Numbered from the stretch's first letter, positions 24,535-35,866 are shown. The stretch is 64,000 nucleotides of DNA from Mobula birostris (GCF_030028105.1 NC_092395.1:44172459-44236458); one strand, 5' to 3'. Notes: generated by a model not told the origin, from the letters alone. Numbers and translations are program-made.

Positions 24535-26105
24535 AAATAGTACATAGAACACAGAACATAGAACATAGAATAGTACAGCACAGTACAGGCCCTTCGGCCC
24601 ACAATGTTGTGCCAACACTCAAACCCTGCCGCCCAAATAAGCCCCCACCTTAGATTCCTCCATATACCTGTCTAGTAGTCTCTTAAACTTCACTAGTGTA
24701 TCTGCCTCCACCACTAACTCAGGCAGTGCATTCCACACACCAACCACTCTCTGAGTAAAAAACCTTCCTCTAATATCCCCCTAGAACTTTCCACCCCTTA
24801 CCTTAAAGCCATGTCCTCTTGTATTGAGCAGTGGTGCCCTGGGGAAAAGGCACTGGCTATCCACTCTATCTATTCCTCTTATTATCTTGTACACCTCTAT
24901 CATATCTCCTCTCATCCTCCTTCTCTCCAAAGAGTAAAGCCCTAGCTCCCTTAATCTCTGATCATAATGCATACTCTCTAAACCAGGCAGCATCCTGGTA
25001 AATCTCCTCTGAACCCTTTCCAATGCTTCCACATCCTTCCTATAGTGAGGCAACCAGAACTGGACACAGTACTCCAAGTGTGGCCTAACCAGAGTTTTAT
25101 AGAGCTGCAACATTACCTCACGACTCTTCAACTCTATCCCTCGACTTATGAAAGCTAACACCCCATAAGCTTTCTTAACTACCGTACCCACCTGTAAGGC
25201 AATTTTCAGGGATCTGTGGACATGTACCCCAAGATCCCTCTGCTCCTCCACACTATCAAGTATCCTGCCATTTACTTTATACTCTGCCTTGGAGTTTGTC
25301 CTTCCAAAGTGTACCACCCCACACTTCTCCGGGTTGAACCCCATCTGCCACTTCTCAACCCACTTCTGCATCCTATCAATGTCTCTCTGCAATCTTGGAC
25401 AATCCTCCACATTATCTACAACACCACCAACCATTGTGTCGTCTGCAAACTTGCCAACCCACCCTTCTGCCCCCACATCCAGGTCGTTAATAAAAATCAC
25501 GAAAAGTAGAGGTCCCAGAACAGATCCTTGTGGGACACCACTAGTTATAATCCTCCAGTCTGAATGTACTCCCTCCACCACAACCCTCTGCCTTCTGCAG
25601 GCAAGCCAATTCTGAATCCACCTGGCCAAACTTCCCTGGATCCCATGCCTTCTGACTTTCTGAATAAGCCTACCATGTGGAATCTTGTCAAATGCCTTAC
25701 TAAAATCCACATAGATCACATCCACTGTACTACCCTCATCTATATGCCTGGTCACCTCCTCAAAGAACTCTATCAGGCTTGTTAGACAGGATCTGCCCTT
25801 CCCAAAGCCATGCTAACTGTCCCTGATCAGACCATGATTCTCTAAATGCCCAGAGATCCTATCTCTAAGAATCTTTTCCAACAGCTTTCCCACCACAGAC
25901 GTAACTCTCACTGGTCTATAATTACCCGGACTATCCCTACTACCTGTTTTGAACAAGGGGACAACATTCGCCTCCCTCCAATCCTCCGGTACCATTCCCA
26001 TGGACAACGAGGACATAAAGATCCTAGCCAGAGGCTCAGCAATCTCTTCCCTCAACTCATGGAGCAGCCTGGGGAATATTCCATCAGGCCCCAGGGACTT
26101 ATCCT
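24535..26105 (-). mobile_element. Young 5'-truncated CR1 LINE with a long open RT frame
   Basis: The 324-aa ORF 24781-25755 has YVDFSKAFD, SGVPQGSVLGP and KFADD. A (TTCTATG)n-type tail is at 24540-24575. Confidence 0.95.
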
Positions 26106-26879
26106 GATGGAATATTATCCAGGCTGCTCCACGAGGAAGAGATCTAAGAGATTAATTTAGCCAAGTCCTTACGTGACACACCTGGTCTTTGCCTGATCCG
26201 CCGTCTTTGCTCCCCCACCGTTGGTCTTGTCCATGAACCAGTGAACTAGTTGCAGTCTATTACATTGAGAGGGGCTTGCAATCCTAATTAATACATCCAA
26301 GACAACCACTCGCACCATACACCATCATGGCACAACCATACGCATCCAATCCAGGCAATAACACAACAATTATACACAATAAGTCCAGCTTCATCACTAT
26401 CGAGTAATTCACTGATGGGACAGTCTGGCAGTGACTTGTGATCAGAAGAAAGACATGCAAGGTGAACAAATAAACTTTTGATTGGACCAAGTGTGGCCGC
26501 TGCATCCGAGTGCACTGCTATTTTACCAGAACTAATTTATTGTTTTAATTAGAGTTATCCATGGTGCTAGAGGAAACAATTCAAGCATGCAATTTTCAAA
26601 AGTAGCCCAGTAACTGGCCACTTTAATGTTGTGTAGCCTTTTGGTGGGAAGAAAACAGTGGGCTGATTGTCATAATTCTGTTCCTATGTCATGCTTTTCC
26701 GAAAGCAGGAGAAGGGGGATGAGTGGGTTAATTAATAAGTTGTAATGGAAAGATAGAGCAGACTTGATGGGCCAAGTGGCCTAATGCTGCTCCTATTTCT
26801 TACGATCCAGCCTTGGCTGCAAGTTTTCCAAAAACACAGAGGAAACCACAAAGGGAAGTACAGAAGCACATGGTACGAG

Positions 26880-28340
26880 AGCTCCGAAACTACGTATTTA
26901 GTCCATGTGGCACACTGATCCTTCCAGTCCCTCCAAAATTTGGTTCATCTTTATTTGAAAGAGTTCAGGGGCTGGTGAAATCCCAAAAGGAAGTATTGAA
27001 GGCAGAGTCAATTTGGTATGATAAAAGCTGTGAACTTCTCTGACCCAGGAGCTAAATGGATCTACCAGGACACTGAGTTTGCATCTAGTTTGGTGAAGAA
27101 CATTGCTCACCCAGAATATCCAGCGTATACTCAACAGGTGGCAGAATAAGGCTCTCCCATATCGCTGCATATTCAATATTGTTAGATCCACACAGATCCT
27201 CACTATGCCATCTGTCTTGGGAACAAGAACAATGCCCAGAATCCAATCAGTAGGTCTATTCACTTTAGTTATAATGTCATGCACCTCCATTCTTTCAAGT
27301 TCAGCTTTGACTTTGTTTGTCAATGAGTCTGGTATATGCCTCGTTGTGGTCAGAGGATAGGGCATCACTCGTGGCCTCAGTTGGATAGCGTACTTTTCTT
27401 TCAGCATGGCCAGGTTTGCGAACAACTGCGGGTACTTCTCCAACCACTGACGATTGCTTAGCGAATCCTACCTTGCAATGAAGTTCATCTTCCTAATGGC
27501 ACGTCTTCCCAGAGGTGGTGAGAAGATATTCTGAACAACGTTGATACCCTTTTCTAACTGTTTCTCATTTTACAAATGGAAGTAGTAAACATACCTTTCA
27601 CACTGAGCTTATGTTTCCCTGGTCCTGTGAACACTTTCTTTGTTGTGTTTAACATAATGCCTGTTTTCTTCACCAGTTTTGTGAACAGACATTCAGGATG
27701 GCTGTGACATCTGCCCCAGTATCCATTTTGAACATCACTACCTCATTTTGCAACTGAACAGTGGTACAACAGCCTTGTCTATTGCAATCTAGAGCCCCAA
27801 AGAAAAGTCCTTGTTTGATTCATGGTCGTCTTTGACCTCCTGAAGAACTGTTTTTGAGTAACACTGGCTTTTATAATAGCCAGCATCTGTGGCATTTCAC
27901 TTCTGTCGCTGGACAGAGCTCTTTGACAACATGGAATGGAGATTTGTTGCATCTCTTGCAGGTGGACATTTTACCTCCTCTTTGTTTTCCTTGTCTGTTT
28001 TGTTCGAACTGAGCTCTACTGCCATCTCTTTCTATCGTCTTTCTGACTGCACCTTCTTTGTACCCTTCTTTTTGTACAGCTCCAAGCTTTATCTCAGCTT
28101 AATTTTCATGCCTGAGTTCTGCCTGTTGCTTATGAGTTTTCTCTCTCTGCATGACCTGCCTCTAATGAACTGATCTCTCAGATTCCCATATGTACAGTTG
28201 TCTAACAAGGGATACAATGCTGTGATTACGTCACTTACACCTTCACCTGGCTCCTGTTCTCTGGAGTTGAACTTTGCCCTCTCATGTTTCCAAGTCAAGA
28301 TGGCGAGTGACTTGAAGGGGGATTTCCAAGTGGTCATGAT
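26880..28340 (-). mobile_element. Ty3/Gypsy gag-protease-RT relic
   Basis: Gag-like ERAKFNSREQEPGE is in ORF 28089-28337, and GADVTAI is at about 27700-27720. RT sequence VPKTDGIVRICVDL and PFGISPAPELFQ is in ORF 26898-27443. Confidence 0.8.
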
Positions 28341-29416
28341 CTCAGGTATCTGCTCTTCTCGTCCTTCAAGGTAGTAGTAGTCATGGGTCTGGAAGTTGCT
28401 GCCTTAGGAACTTTGGAGCGTTGTCGCAGTGCATCTTGTAGGCAGTACACACTGCTGCAACCGTTCGTCAATGTTGGAGAGATTGGATGCTTGTGGAGTG
28501 GGTACATGGAGTCCCCTTCCCCTTGGAGTTGTCAATTGTATCTGGTGCTCTTAATGCAGCCACATCAACATTGGTGAGAATCGGCGGGCGGGGGGTCACG
28601 TGATGACGTGGGATTGAGACGTGTAAATCCAGCTCTCCCGTAAAAAATCAGCAAAGTACCGTTTAAACAAAGTAAAGTTAATAAATACTTTCCGAAAACT
28701 ACTTATAAACTTCGTAAGACTACTCTACGATATGCCTCGTAAATCGCAACAGAAGAAGTCTGTTGTTGTGAAGTCGCCGCGAGATGGTAAGGAAAAAGGG
28801 CTACTCCAGCGATGGAGCCTCGGATTCAGGTTGGATCTCCTTCGGAGGAGACGTATTTTATCTCTGGCGTAGAAGAACAGGGAGCAACGGCGGTGGTAGC
28901 GGTCTCTCGGAAGAAGATGCAGGAATTGCGCGTGCGCAAAGTACGCATGCGCAAATCGACACATCTCAAACTACAAGAACCGACGGCCACTGCAACTGAA
29001 AGTGACTCAGTCAGAATTGGATATCGCAGAGAATACAGATGAAGAAGAGGAGGAAGAACTGGAAGAGATTGGAAGTAAAGGAGACGACGGAGAAATAAGA
29101 GAGGCTTTATTGCAATTAACGGCTGAACTAAGAAAATTAAGAACAGAGCTTAGAGACGTGAAGATGTGCTGTGATAAAGCTATGAAAAGGCAGGATAAAA
29201 TGGATAAGAAACTTCAGAAGATGGAAAGAACAATGGAGCATATTAACGATAGAGTGGAAAAAACAGAAAATGATGTGCTTGTCTGGAACACGGAAAGAAA
29301 TCGACTCTTGGAGAAAGTGAACAACAGGAATTCTGCAGATGCTGGAAATTCAAGCAACACACATCAAAGTTGCTGGTGAACGCAGCAGGCCAGGCAGCAT
29401 CTGTAGGAAGAGGTGT

Positions 29417-29452
29417 AGTCGACGTTTCAGGCCGAGACCCTTCGTCAGGACT
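29417..29452 (-). ncRNA. Minimal type I hammerhead ribozyme motif (intact)
   Basis: The minus strand reads AGUC-CUGACGA-AGG(GUCUCGG)CCU-GAAAC-GUC-GACU. The core is complete, stem I is perfect, stem II has 3 bp, and stem III is the palindromic loopless ACGU. Predicted cleavage is between 29421 and 29420. Confidence 0.8.
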
Positions 29453-29462
29453 TCCTTCAGTT

Positions 29463-29498
29463 AGTCCTGACGAAGGGTCTTGGCCTGAAACGTCAACT
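29463..29498 (+). ncRNA. Minimal type I hammerhead ribozyme motif (one stem I mismatch)
   Basis: The sequence reads AGUC-CUGACGA-AGG(GUCUUGG)CCU-GAAAC-GUC-AACU. Confidence 0.65.
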
Positions 29499-31904
29499 GC
29501 ACCTCTTCCTACAGATGCTGCCTGGCCTGCTGCATTCACCAGCAACTTTGATGTGTGTTGCTTGGAGAAAGTGGACGTGTTGGAAAATTTTAGTAGACGT
29601 AATAACATTAAAATTGTTGGTCTTAAAGAAGGTATAGAGGGAGATAATCCAATAGAATTTTTTTCAAAGATGGATCCCGAAAACCTTGCAAATGAAAGAG
29701 GAAGACTGATCAATTGAAATTGAACGGGTACATAGGGCTCTAAGACCAAAACCACAAGATGACCAATATCCACGATCAATTTTAATAAAATTTTTAAGAT
29801 TTCAAGACAAAGAAAAGATTTTACAGGCAGCTGCCCAAGCTGCCAAGAAGAGAAAAGGGCCACTGATGATAGAAGGGAAGAACATTTTTTTCTATCCTGA
29901 CATAAGTTATGAACTTTTGAAGAGAAGGAAGAAATTTAATCCAGTGAAAAAAGCCCTATGGGATCACGGTTATCAATTTATATTGCATTACCCTGCAACC
30001 TTGAAGATTTTTTTGCCTGGTGGAGAAAAAAGATTTTTTGACGATTACCCAAGCGGAGGAGTTTGTGCGAAATTCTTTGAATATTCACCAGATACAAGGA
30101 CAAACCTAGGGGAGCGAGATGGATTGAAGATGAAGACTGGATCAAGGATTAGGCTGTTGGATTTTTAGGCAGATGAATATATAAATATATTATTAATTAT
30201 ATGAGGGAGGGGAAGAAAGGTTAAAATTTGAGGAATATTAGCTGGGAATAATGACATTAATTTTATATATATATATACAATTTTTTGTTACGGGGAGCTG
30301 GAAGAAACACTGACCAATCGCTACGTTATTCATGTGTGCAAGCGTGGCAATAGCCACGACCCGCACAATGGAGGGGGGTAGTGTTGGGTATCTTTTCATT
30401 CACAACATTAGTGGGGGGGTATTTTGTTTTTTCCTTTTTTTGTATCTTATCTATCTTTTTTTTTCTTTTTGCCTGGATGATTGGGAGGGAAACACATAGC
30501 AACATGGTGAAGTTCAAAGAGATTCCCCAGGGAACTATGAGAGTTGAGAAGCTAAGTAATGTTTTAGATTTTAAGAGGTAAATATGAAACATTTTTGAAT
30601 ATTTGGAGCCCTTATTTATAGCTTCGATGATGAAGATCTTGGTTCCTTGGGGGAAAGTAACAAATATATATTAAATTTATTTTTATCCCATGGAGCATGT
30701 GCAAACATTCCAATATTCAGGCAGTTCCTTTTTTTTCTTTTTTTTCTTTTCTCTTTAGGTAGGAGTATATATCGGGGGGAGAGTTAAAGGGAGGGGGGAA
30801 TGTAGATATTATTTTTTCATGTATCACTTTGAAAACTCAATAAAAATTATATTAAAAAAAACATTGGTGAGAATCAACATAGATTAGGGGACCACTTTGT
30901 TGAGCACCTCCGCTTTATCTGCCAAGAGCAGAATTTCTCAGTGGCCAACCACTTTAATTCCTATCCCCATTACTGTTCCTGCATGTCGGTCCATGGCCTC
31001 CTCTTCTGTCACTATGAGGCTACTCTCATGTGGTGCAACAACACCTCATATTCAGTCCAGGTAGTCTCCCACCTGGTGGCATGAGTGTAAGGAAGAGAAT
31101 ATCTGATGTGTTGAATAACAAAATTATAATAATTTTAAAATCTGGAGAACTGATAAGGTTCATTGTTTTGCTTCCAGGTGGGTTGAAACTGTTTAAATTA
31201 TTGCCATCAATGACATAAGTCTTCATTCGATAGAGAGATAGAGAGTACTGTCTGGATGCATGGAAGGACACCTGAAGGTCAACTACTACCAGTCGCTCGC
31301 TGCTCCGAGGGAATGCCTCTCTATTCGAGTAGTCTCTTTCTCCCTCAATGCTGTCAGAGGATTTTGCTGAAGTTCTGTGGTTTATGGATTGGACTGGACT
31401 CTTTAAGCTTTCTGCGTTTCCCCGTTTCACACAATTTGTTAGATTTTTTGTGCGGTAGGGTTTGGGATTGAGGTTTGATGTTCATGCAATTTGCACGATC
31501 TGTTTTTCTGTGGGGGAGGAGTTGATGTTCCTGTGGCCATTTGTGCAATTTTTTCGCGTGGTGGGTGTTGTCGTTTGCGAGATTTGTTTTTTTTTTGTGC
31601 AGGGGATTCATGTTTCTTCTTCGAACAAAATTCCATGTTTTTTCTTTGCTTCCTGGCTATCTGGAGCAGATGAATCTCAGAACTGTACACTGCATGATAA
31701 TAAATGAACCTTTTGAACCTTTGCATTATGGAATAAGACATCATCCAATAAGATAATACCACTCTTCCCAACACTTTCGTTGAATCTGATTCAGATTAAC
31801 TGTAATTACTCAAAATAAAACATGGGTTGGAGGAACAAACTTTTGAATACTCCCTTAGCTTAGGATCCCTTCGTATATTGCTATAGTCACACAATTGGTT
31901 GTGC

Positions 31905-32935
31905 TTTGAGAATATCTGCAAATCTGCAAAACTGGAAATCCAAGCAACACACTCAAAATGTCGGAGGAACACAGCAGGCCACGTCTGTCCTCGCCCCATC
32001 CTCCCACCACCACACCATGGATAGGATTCTTTTTGTCCTCATCTACTACTCCACAGGCCTCCGTATCCATCACATAGTTCTCTGTAACAGCCACCATCTC
32101 CAACGGGATCCCACCATCAAGCACATCACTCCGTCAAGATCGCTCCTTATATGACTCCCTTCTCCATGCATCCCTCCCCTCCGATCTCCATCTTGGTCCT
32201 TACCTTTGCTAGCGGAGTGAACGCCATACCTGCCCCTACACCCCCTCTCTTACTCCCATCCAGGTCCCCAAAGAGTCCCTGCAGGTGAGGTGACCTTTCA
32301 CCTGTGAGTCTGTTGGTATTATCTACTGTATCCGATGCACCTGATGTGGCCCACTATATGTCAGTGAGGTGCAATGTAAATTGGGAGACTGCTTCGCCGA
32401 GCATCTATGCTCCAGCTGCCAGAAAAAATGGGATCACCCGCTGACCAGCCATTTCAATTCTGTTTCCCATTCCGACATGTCAGTCCATGGCCTCCTCTAC
32501 TGCTTTGATGAGGCCACTCTCATATTCCGTCTGGATAGCTTCCAACCTGATAGCATGAACATGGATTTCTCTAACTTATGATAATTGTCCACCTTCTCCA
32601 CACCCCATTCCCATTTCCCTCTCTCACGTTATCTCTTTACCTTCCCATTGCTTTCCTCTGGTGCTCCTCCCCTTTCTCTGGTCTTCTAACCTTTCTTCTG
32701 ACATTCCAGCCTTTTTTTTTTAATCTCTTTTGCAGCTCTTTACTTCACCCCTCACCTTCTCCTGGTTTCACCTATCACCTACCACCTTGTACTTCTTCCT
32801 CTCCTACCACTACCTTCTTGCTCTGACTTCTCATTTTCCATTGTTGATGAAGGGTCTCGGCCCAAAACATTGTCTGTTTACTCTTTACCATAAATGCTGC
32901 CCGGCCTGCTGAGTTCCCCCAACATTTTTTGTGTC
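31905..32935 (+). mobile_element. Penelope fragment with inverted 5' terminal repeat and decayed 3' terminal repeat
   Basis: An antisense terminal repeat at about 31905-31985 is joined to a sense body with a GIY-YIG remnant (about 32300-32580). A decayed hammerhead (ttgatgaagggtctcggcccaaaac) is at about 32841-32870. Confidence 0.7.
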
Positions 32936-33658
32936 GTGTTTGTACAGCAGTTTACTTTCGTCCATTGCCCATATTAAATTTATTATGATATTCCAGTGTT
33001 TAAATTATTATATTATGGTTACTACAGCTAACCTGCATTTTAGTCTAGTATTTTGTTCTTGTATAATTTCCCAAAGAGTGATTACTAGATGGAGTTTAGG
33101 GTAAGATACCTTCTTTGTATATGCTAAAAGTGTAACAGCCAATGGAAGTTTAAATTATGTTAATCTGGAATGTGGGAATAATGTGGAAAAGGACAAGGTG
33201 ACCTGTCTACGACAATGTTTAGAGAACTTAGTGTGAGTATGAGTCTATATCCCCGAGAGTAGACAATGGTGGGAAACACCTTTGTCTGGAAAAGGAAGAT
33301 GGAAAAGGAAAAGGAAAAGGAAGATGATTTAGATGATTTAGCAGCTTTAGATACTGACTAGTACTGTCCCATCGGAATGTATTAGGGCAATGTGCTTTGG
33401 AAGGTATTAAAAGAGGCATTTTTGTGCAAGTCGGAATCTTCACGTGTGCTGTTGGAGATGGGGGAGCGGAGTGGGGGAGAAGGAGAGAGCGAGAATGGGG
33501 TGTGGATAGGAGAAGGGATGTGCGACGGAGAGATGGGCAAATTGGGTCCATCCCGCGCGAGTCTGCTCCTTCTCCTCTCCTCCCACCCGGTATGAAAATG
33601 GGAAGAGCATGAAAGATATCAAGATGTACAGACGGAAATCATTCCTGCGCTGATAATC

Positions 33659-33664
33659 TTTATT
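33659..33664 (-). terminator. Putative polyadenylation signal of the IgL transcript
   Basis: This is the first AATAAA I found on the minus strand downstream of the C-exon stop, about 325 nt away. Confidence 0.55.
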
Positions 33665-33986
33665 ATTGACTGTTACCATCTGTCATTGATCAGAAGTCAT
33701 TAGGACACCCATTAATTATTTTGATTAGATCCAGCCCCGGTGACAGAGAAAACTGTTCACTGGTTGATGTTTCTGATAAAGTCAAATAACTCGCCACTTT
33801 TACTCCATGTAGCTTCTCGGCGGGAGAAAGAGAACAAAACCAGCCTCAATTCCAACAACAGTGGAAATTACAGCGAGCTGATCAGAGTCAGAGTGCAGTG
33901 AGGAGAGTAATAAATGGGGTGAGAAATGCAAAAAAAAAGTTATCTCCTATTAATCAGGGAGCAAACAGTCCGAAGCCGCGCTCTGT

Positions 33987-34309
33987 TTAACAGTTGGATT
34001 GTGCAACTGTTGCGGATGTTGTCGAGGCTGCCCCTAGTTTAAACACGCAGGAGTATACCTTGCCACTGTTCCAGACTGTACCGGGCACCGTCAGGGAGCT
34101 GCTGAGACCGAAAGTGTTGTCCATGTCCCGTCTCACCGCGCTGGTTTGCACCTCACGGCTCGTCGGACTGCCGTCCACTGTCCAGCTGACCACGTGAAAG
34201 CCCACCGACAGTTTACTAACGAGACAAACTAAAGTGCCCGTTCCCTTAGCGGAGATTTCCTCGGCTGACAGCCCAAGCAATTTCACTGAAGGATCCACGA
34301 GCTGCTGAT
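33987..34309 (-). CDS. Ig light-chain constant (C1-set) exon, open
   Basis: The acceptor ccctttgcag|AT is followed by DQQLVDPSVKLLGLSAEEISAKGTGTLVCLVSKLSVGFHVVSWTVDG...WNSGKVYSCVFKLG...QSNC*. Both domain Cys, the core Trp and a terminal interchain Cys are present. Confidence 0.93.
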
Positions 34310-35491
34310 CTGCAAAGGGAACAAGAGAAGACGAGTTTCAAGACACATATGGTCTCGCGATATTTCACAGTTTGATAAAAGCGCGAGTGGACCGTTCCAA
34401 CTTCCTGGTGTGGGGCTCAGGGTTTCACCGCGGAACAGGTCAGTGCCCATGGAGTACGAACGGAGAACGGTACATACTGTAATGTTTAACACTGAAGGAA
34501 GAGAAATTTGCGGTCAAGTTCCTCTTTGAGGATTCTCCTGCTGAGTCGCTGGATTATAGCATTACCTGCTCGGTGACTTCACCTCCAGCTCTCGGGATCT
34601 ACCCTGGCCAGTGACACGTATCTACCCTTTGCCTCGTGCACTCATCACTAATGCTCCCATCAACTAGTGCCGGCCTCAGCTGTAACGAGAATAAACACAT
34701 CTCAACCTCTGCGCTTCCCCAGTGTGCAAGGGCACCAGGTGCGCCATCCTGAGTTTCATAGAGATGTGATTAGAAATGGCACCAAGTGACCTGTGATGAT
34801 GTCGAAGCGATTACTGTGGGATTCCCTCCAGACCCGAAGCTCCGGTCTTAGTCGGTGCAGAGACCAGGATTACTGAGCAGCGGTGCCCAGAAAGGAGCAG
34901 TTCTCAAGAGAAAAGGTGGCAGGAGAGAGGAGGAAACGACCAGGCAGCTGGAGTGGTGCCTTCAGGAGTGTTCCACCCTCAGAGGGAGAAATGGAGGTTC
35001 CGTGAAAGTCTGAGGGAGGCTTCAATGGAACTTCTTGTTCCCTTGTCCTGAGAACCGTGGGTTACTTAAATCGGCAGCATCACGTCGGGGAACTGGAATC
35101 CCTCCCGCTCGCTTCCGCAAGTCCAACGCAACAGTGAACCAACTAATGTAACTGAAAACACGCAAACACAAACAGAGAAAAAGGGTCAGCATCAGAAACG
35201 CAATATTGAAGAGCACACGTCAGGGACTCAACACGCGGCACCAGAAACGACACGAATTAACAGAAAGGATTGAATGCTGGTTGATCAGAAACCATAACTG
35301 AAAAGAGAATTGTTTCATTAAAAGAAGATCTCAAATCACTGAACAGATGTCTACAGAGTAGAACTGTCACTCGATATGCAGCACGACTTGATCGTAAAAT
35401 TATGTTTTCATTGTAAAATTCGCCAAGAAACAATAATCTATAAATTATTAATTGCCAGTTAACCATACTCATGCAGCTAGTAATTGCATGA

Positions 35492-35501
35492 GGGATTTCC
35501 C
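35492..35501. promoter_or_regulatory. NF-kappaB consensus site at the start of the J-C intron
   Basis: GGGATTTCCC matches GGGRNNYYCC. It lies 10 bp into the intron, next to an octamer-like ATGCAATT (minus strand, 35482-35489). Function is not shown. Confidence 0.4.
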
Positions 35502-35511
35502 TGTCACTTAC

Positions 35512-35866
35512 CTGTAACAAGAGCTTGGTCCCTGCACCGAACACCCTATTGGTCGATGAAACCCACTTTCCGCAGTAACAGACGGCAACGTCATTCATCT
35601 CCACATTTTTTTTAATGTTTAACTGGTAAATGGTGCCTGCGCTGTTGACTGTCGTCGTGACACGGTCGCTGTTAAACCCAGACCCATAGGTCGAGGCGCT
35701 GGCCGATTGTTCGTAATACAGGATCCATTGTTGAACTGTTCCTGGTGTCTGCTTGTGCCAATGTACGTAATAGCCATCCTTTGTTCCGATGTTACATTCC
35801 AGCGTGGCGTGGCCCCCGGACTCAGCGACACGGTCGGAGGCTGGGTCAGAGTCTGGGACTCTCCAG
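35512..35866 (-). CDS. Fused V-J exon (V-set domain + FGxG J), frameshifted
   Basis: The corrected reading is QTLTQPPTVSLSPG..ATLECNIGTKDGYYVHWHKQTPGTVQQWILYYEQSASASTYGSGFNSDRVTTTVNSAGTIYQLNIKKNVEMNDVAVCYCGKWVSSTNRVFGAGTKL. Cys is at 35794-35796, Trp at 35758-35760, Cys at 35572-35574 and FGAG from 35541. The donor is G|GTAAGT at 35512/35511. Confidence 0.92.

Larger units (their letters stand above)
29320..29560. mobile_element. 241-bp palindromic Penelope-terminus element inserted in L1 ORF1, 13-bp TSD
   Basis: The TSD cttggagaaagtg is at 29307-29319 and 29561-29573. Inverted arms 29355-29452 and 29463-29560 are 98 nt each with 4 mismatches, separated by a 10-nt spacer. Confidence 0.93.
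28583..30860 (+). mobile_element. Full-length ORF1-only L1 derivative (HAL1-like) with 15-bp TSD and polyA tail
   Basis: The TSD acattggtgagaatc is at 28568-28582 and 30861-30875, and the 5' UTR is GC-rich. L1 ORF1 motifs are present (SRRNNIKIVGLKEG, IERVHRAL, FLRFQDKE, FYPDIS, YPATL). Only the ORF2 C-terminal LRGKYETFLNIWSPYL* (about 30571-30621) remains. AATAAA and an A-tail are at about 30838-30860. Confidence 0.88.

Noticed and set aside
29243-29863. 206-aa minus-strand ORF and its mirrored + strand peptide (LLVNAAGQAASVGRG)
   Set aside because: These are an artefact of reading through the palindromic insert and the antisense of L1 ORF1.
31026-31430. 134-aa minus-strand ORF near the IgL 3' side, considered as an extra exon
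   Set aside because: It spans repeat fragments, lies well beyond the IgL polyA signal and shows no Ig or transmembrane features.
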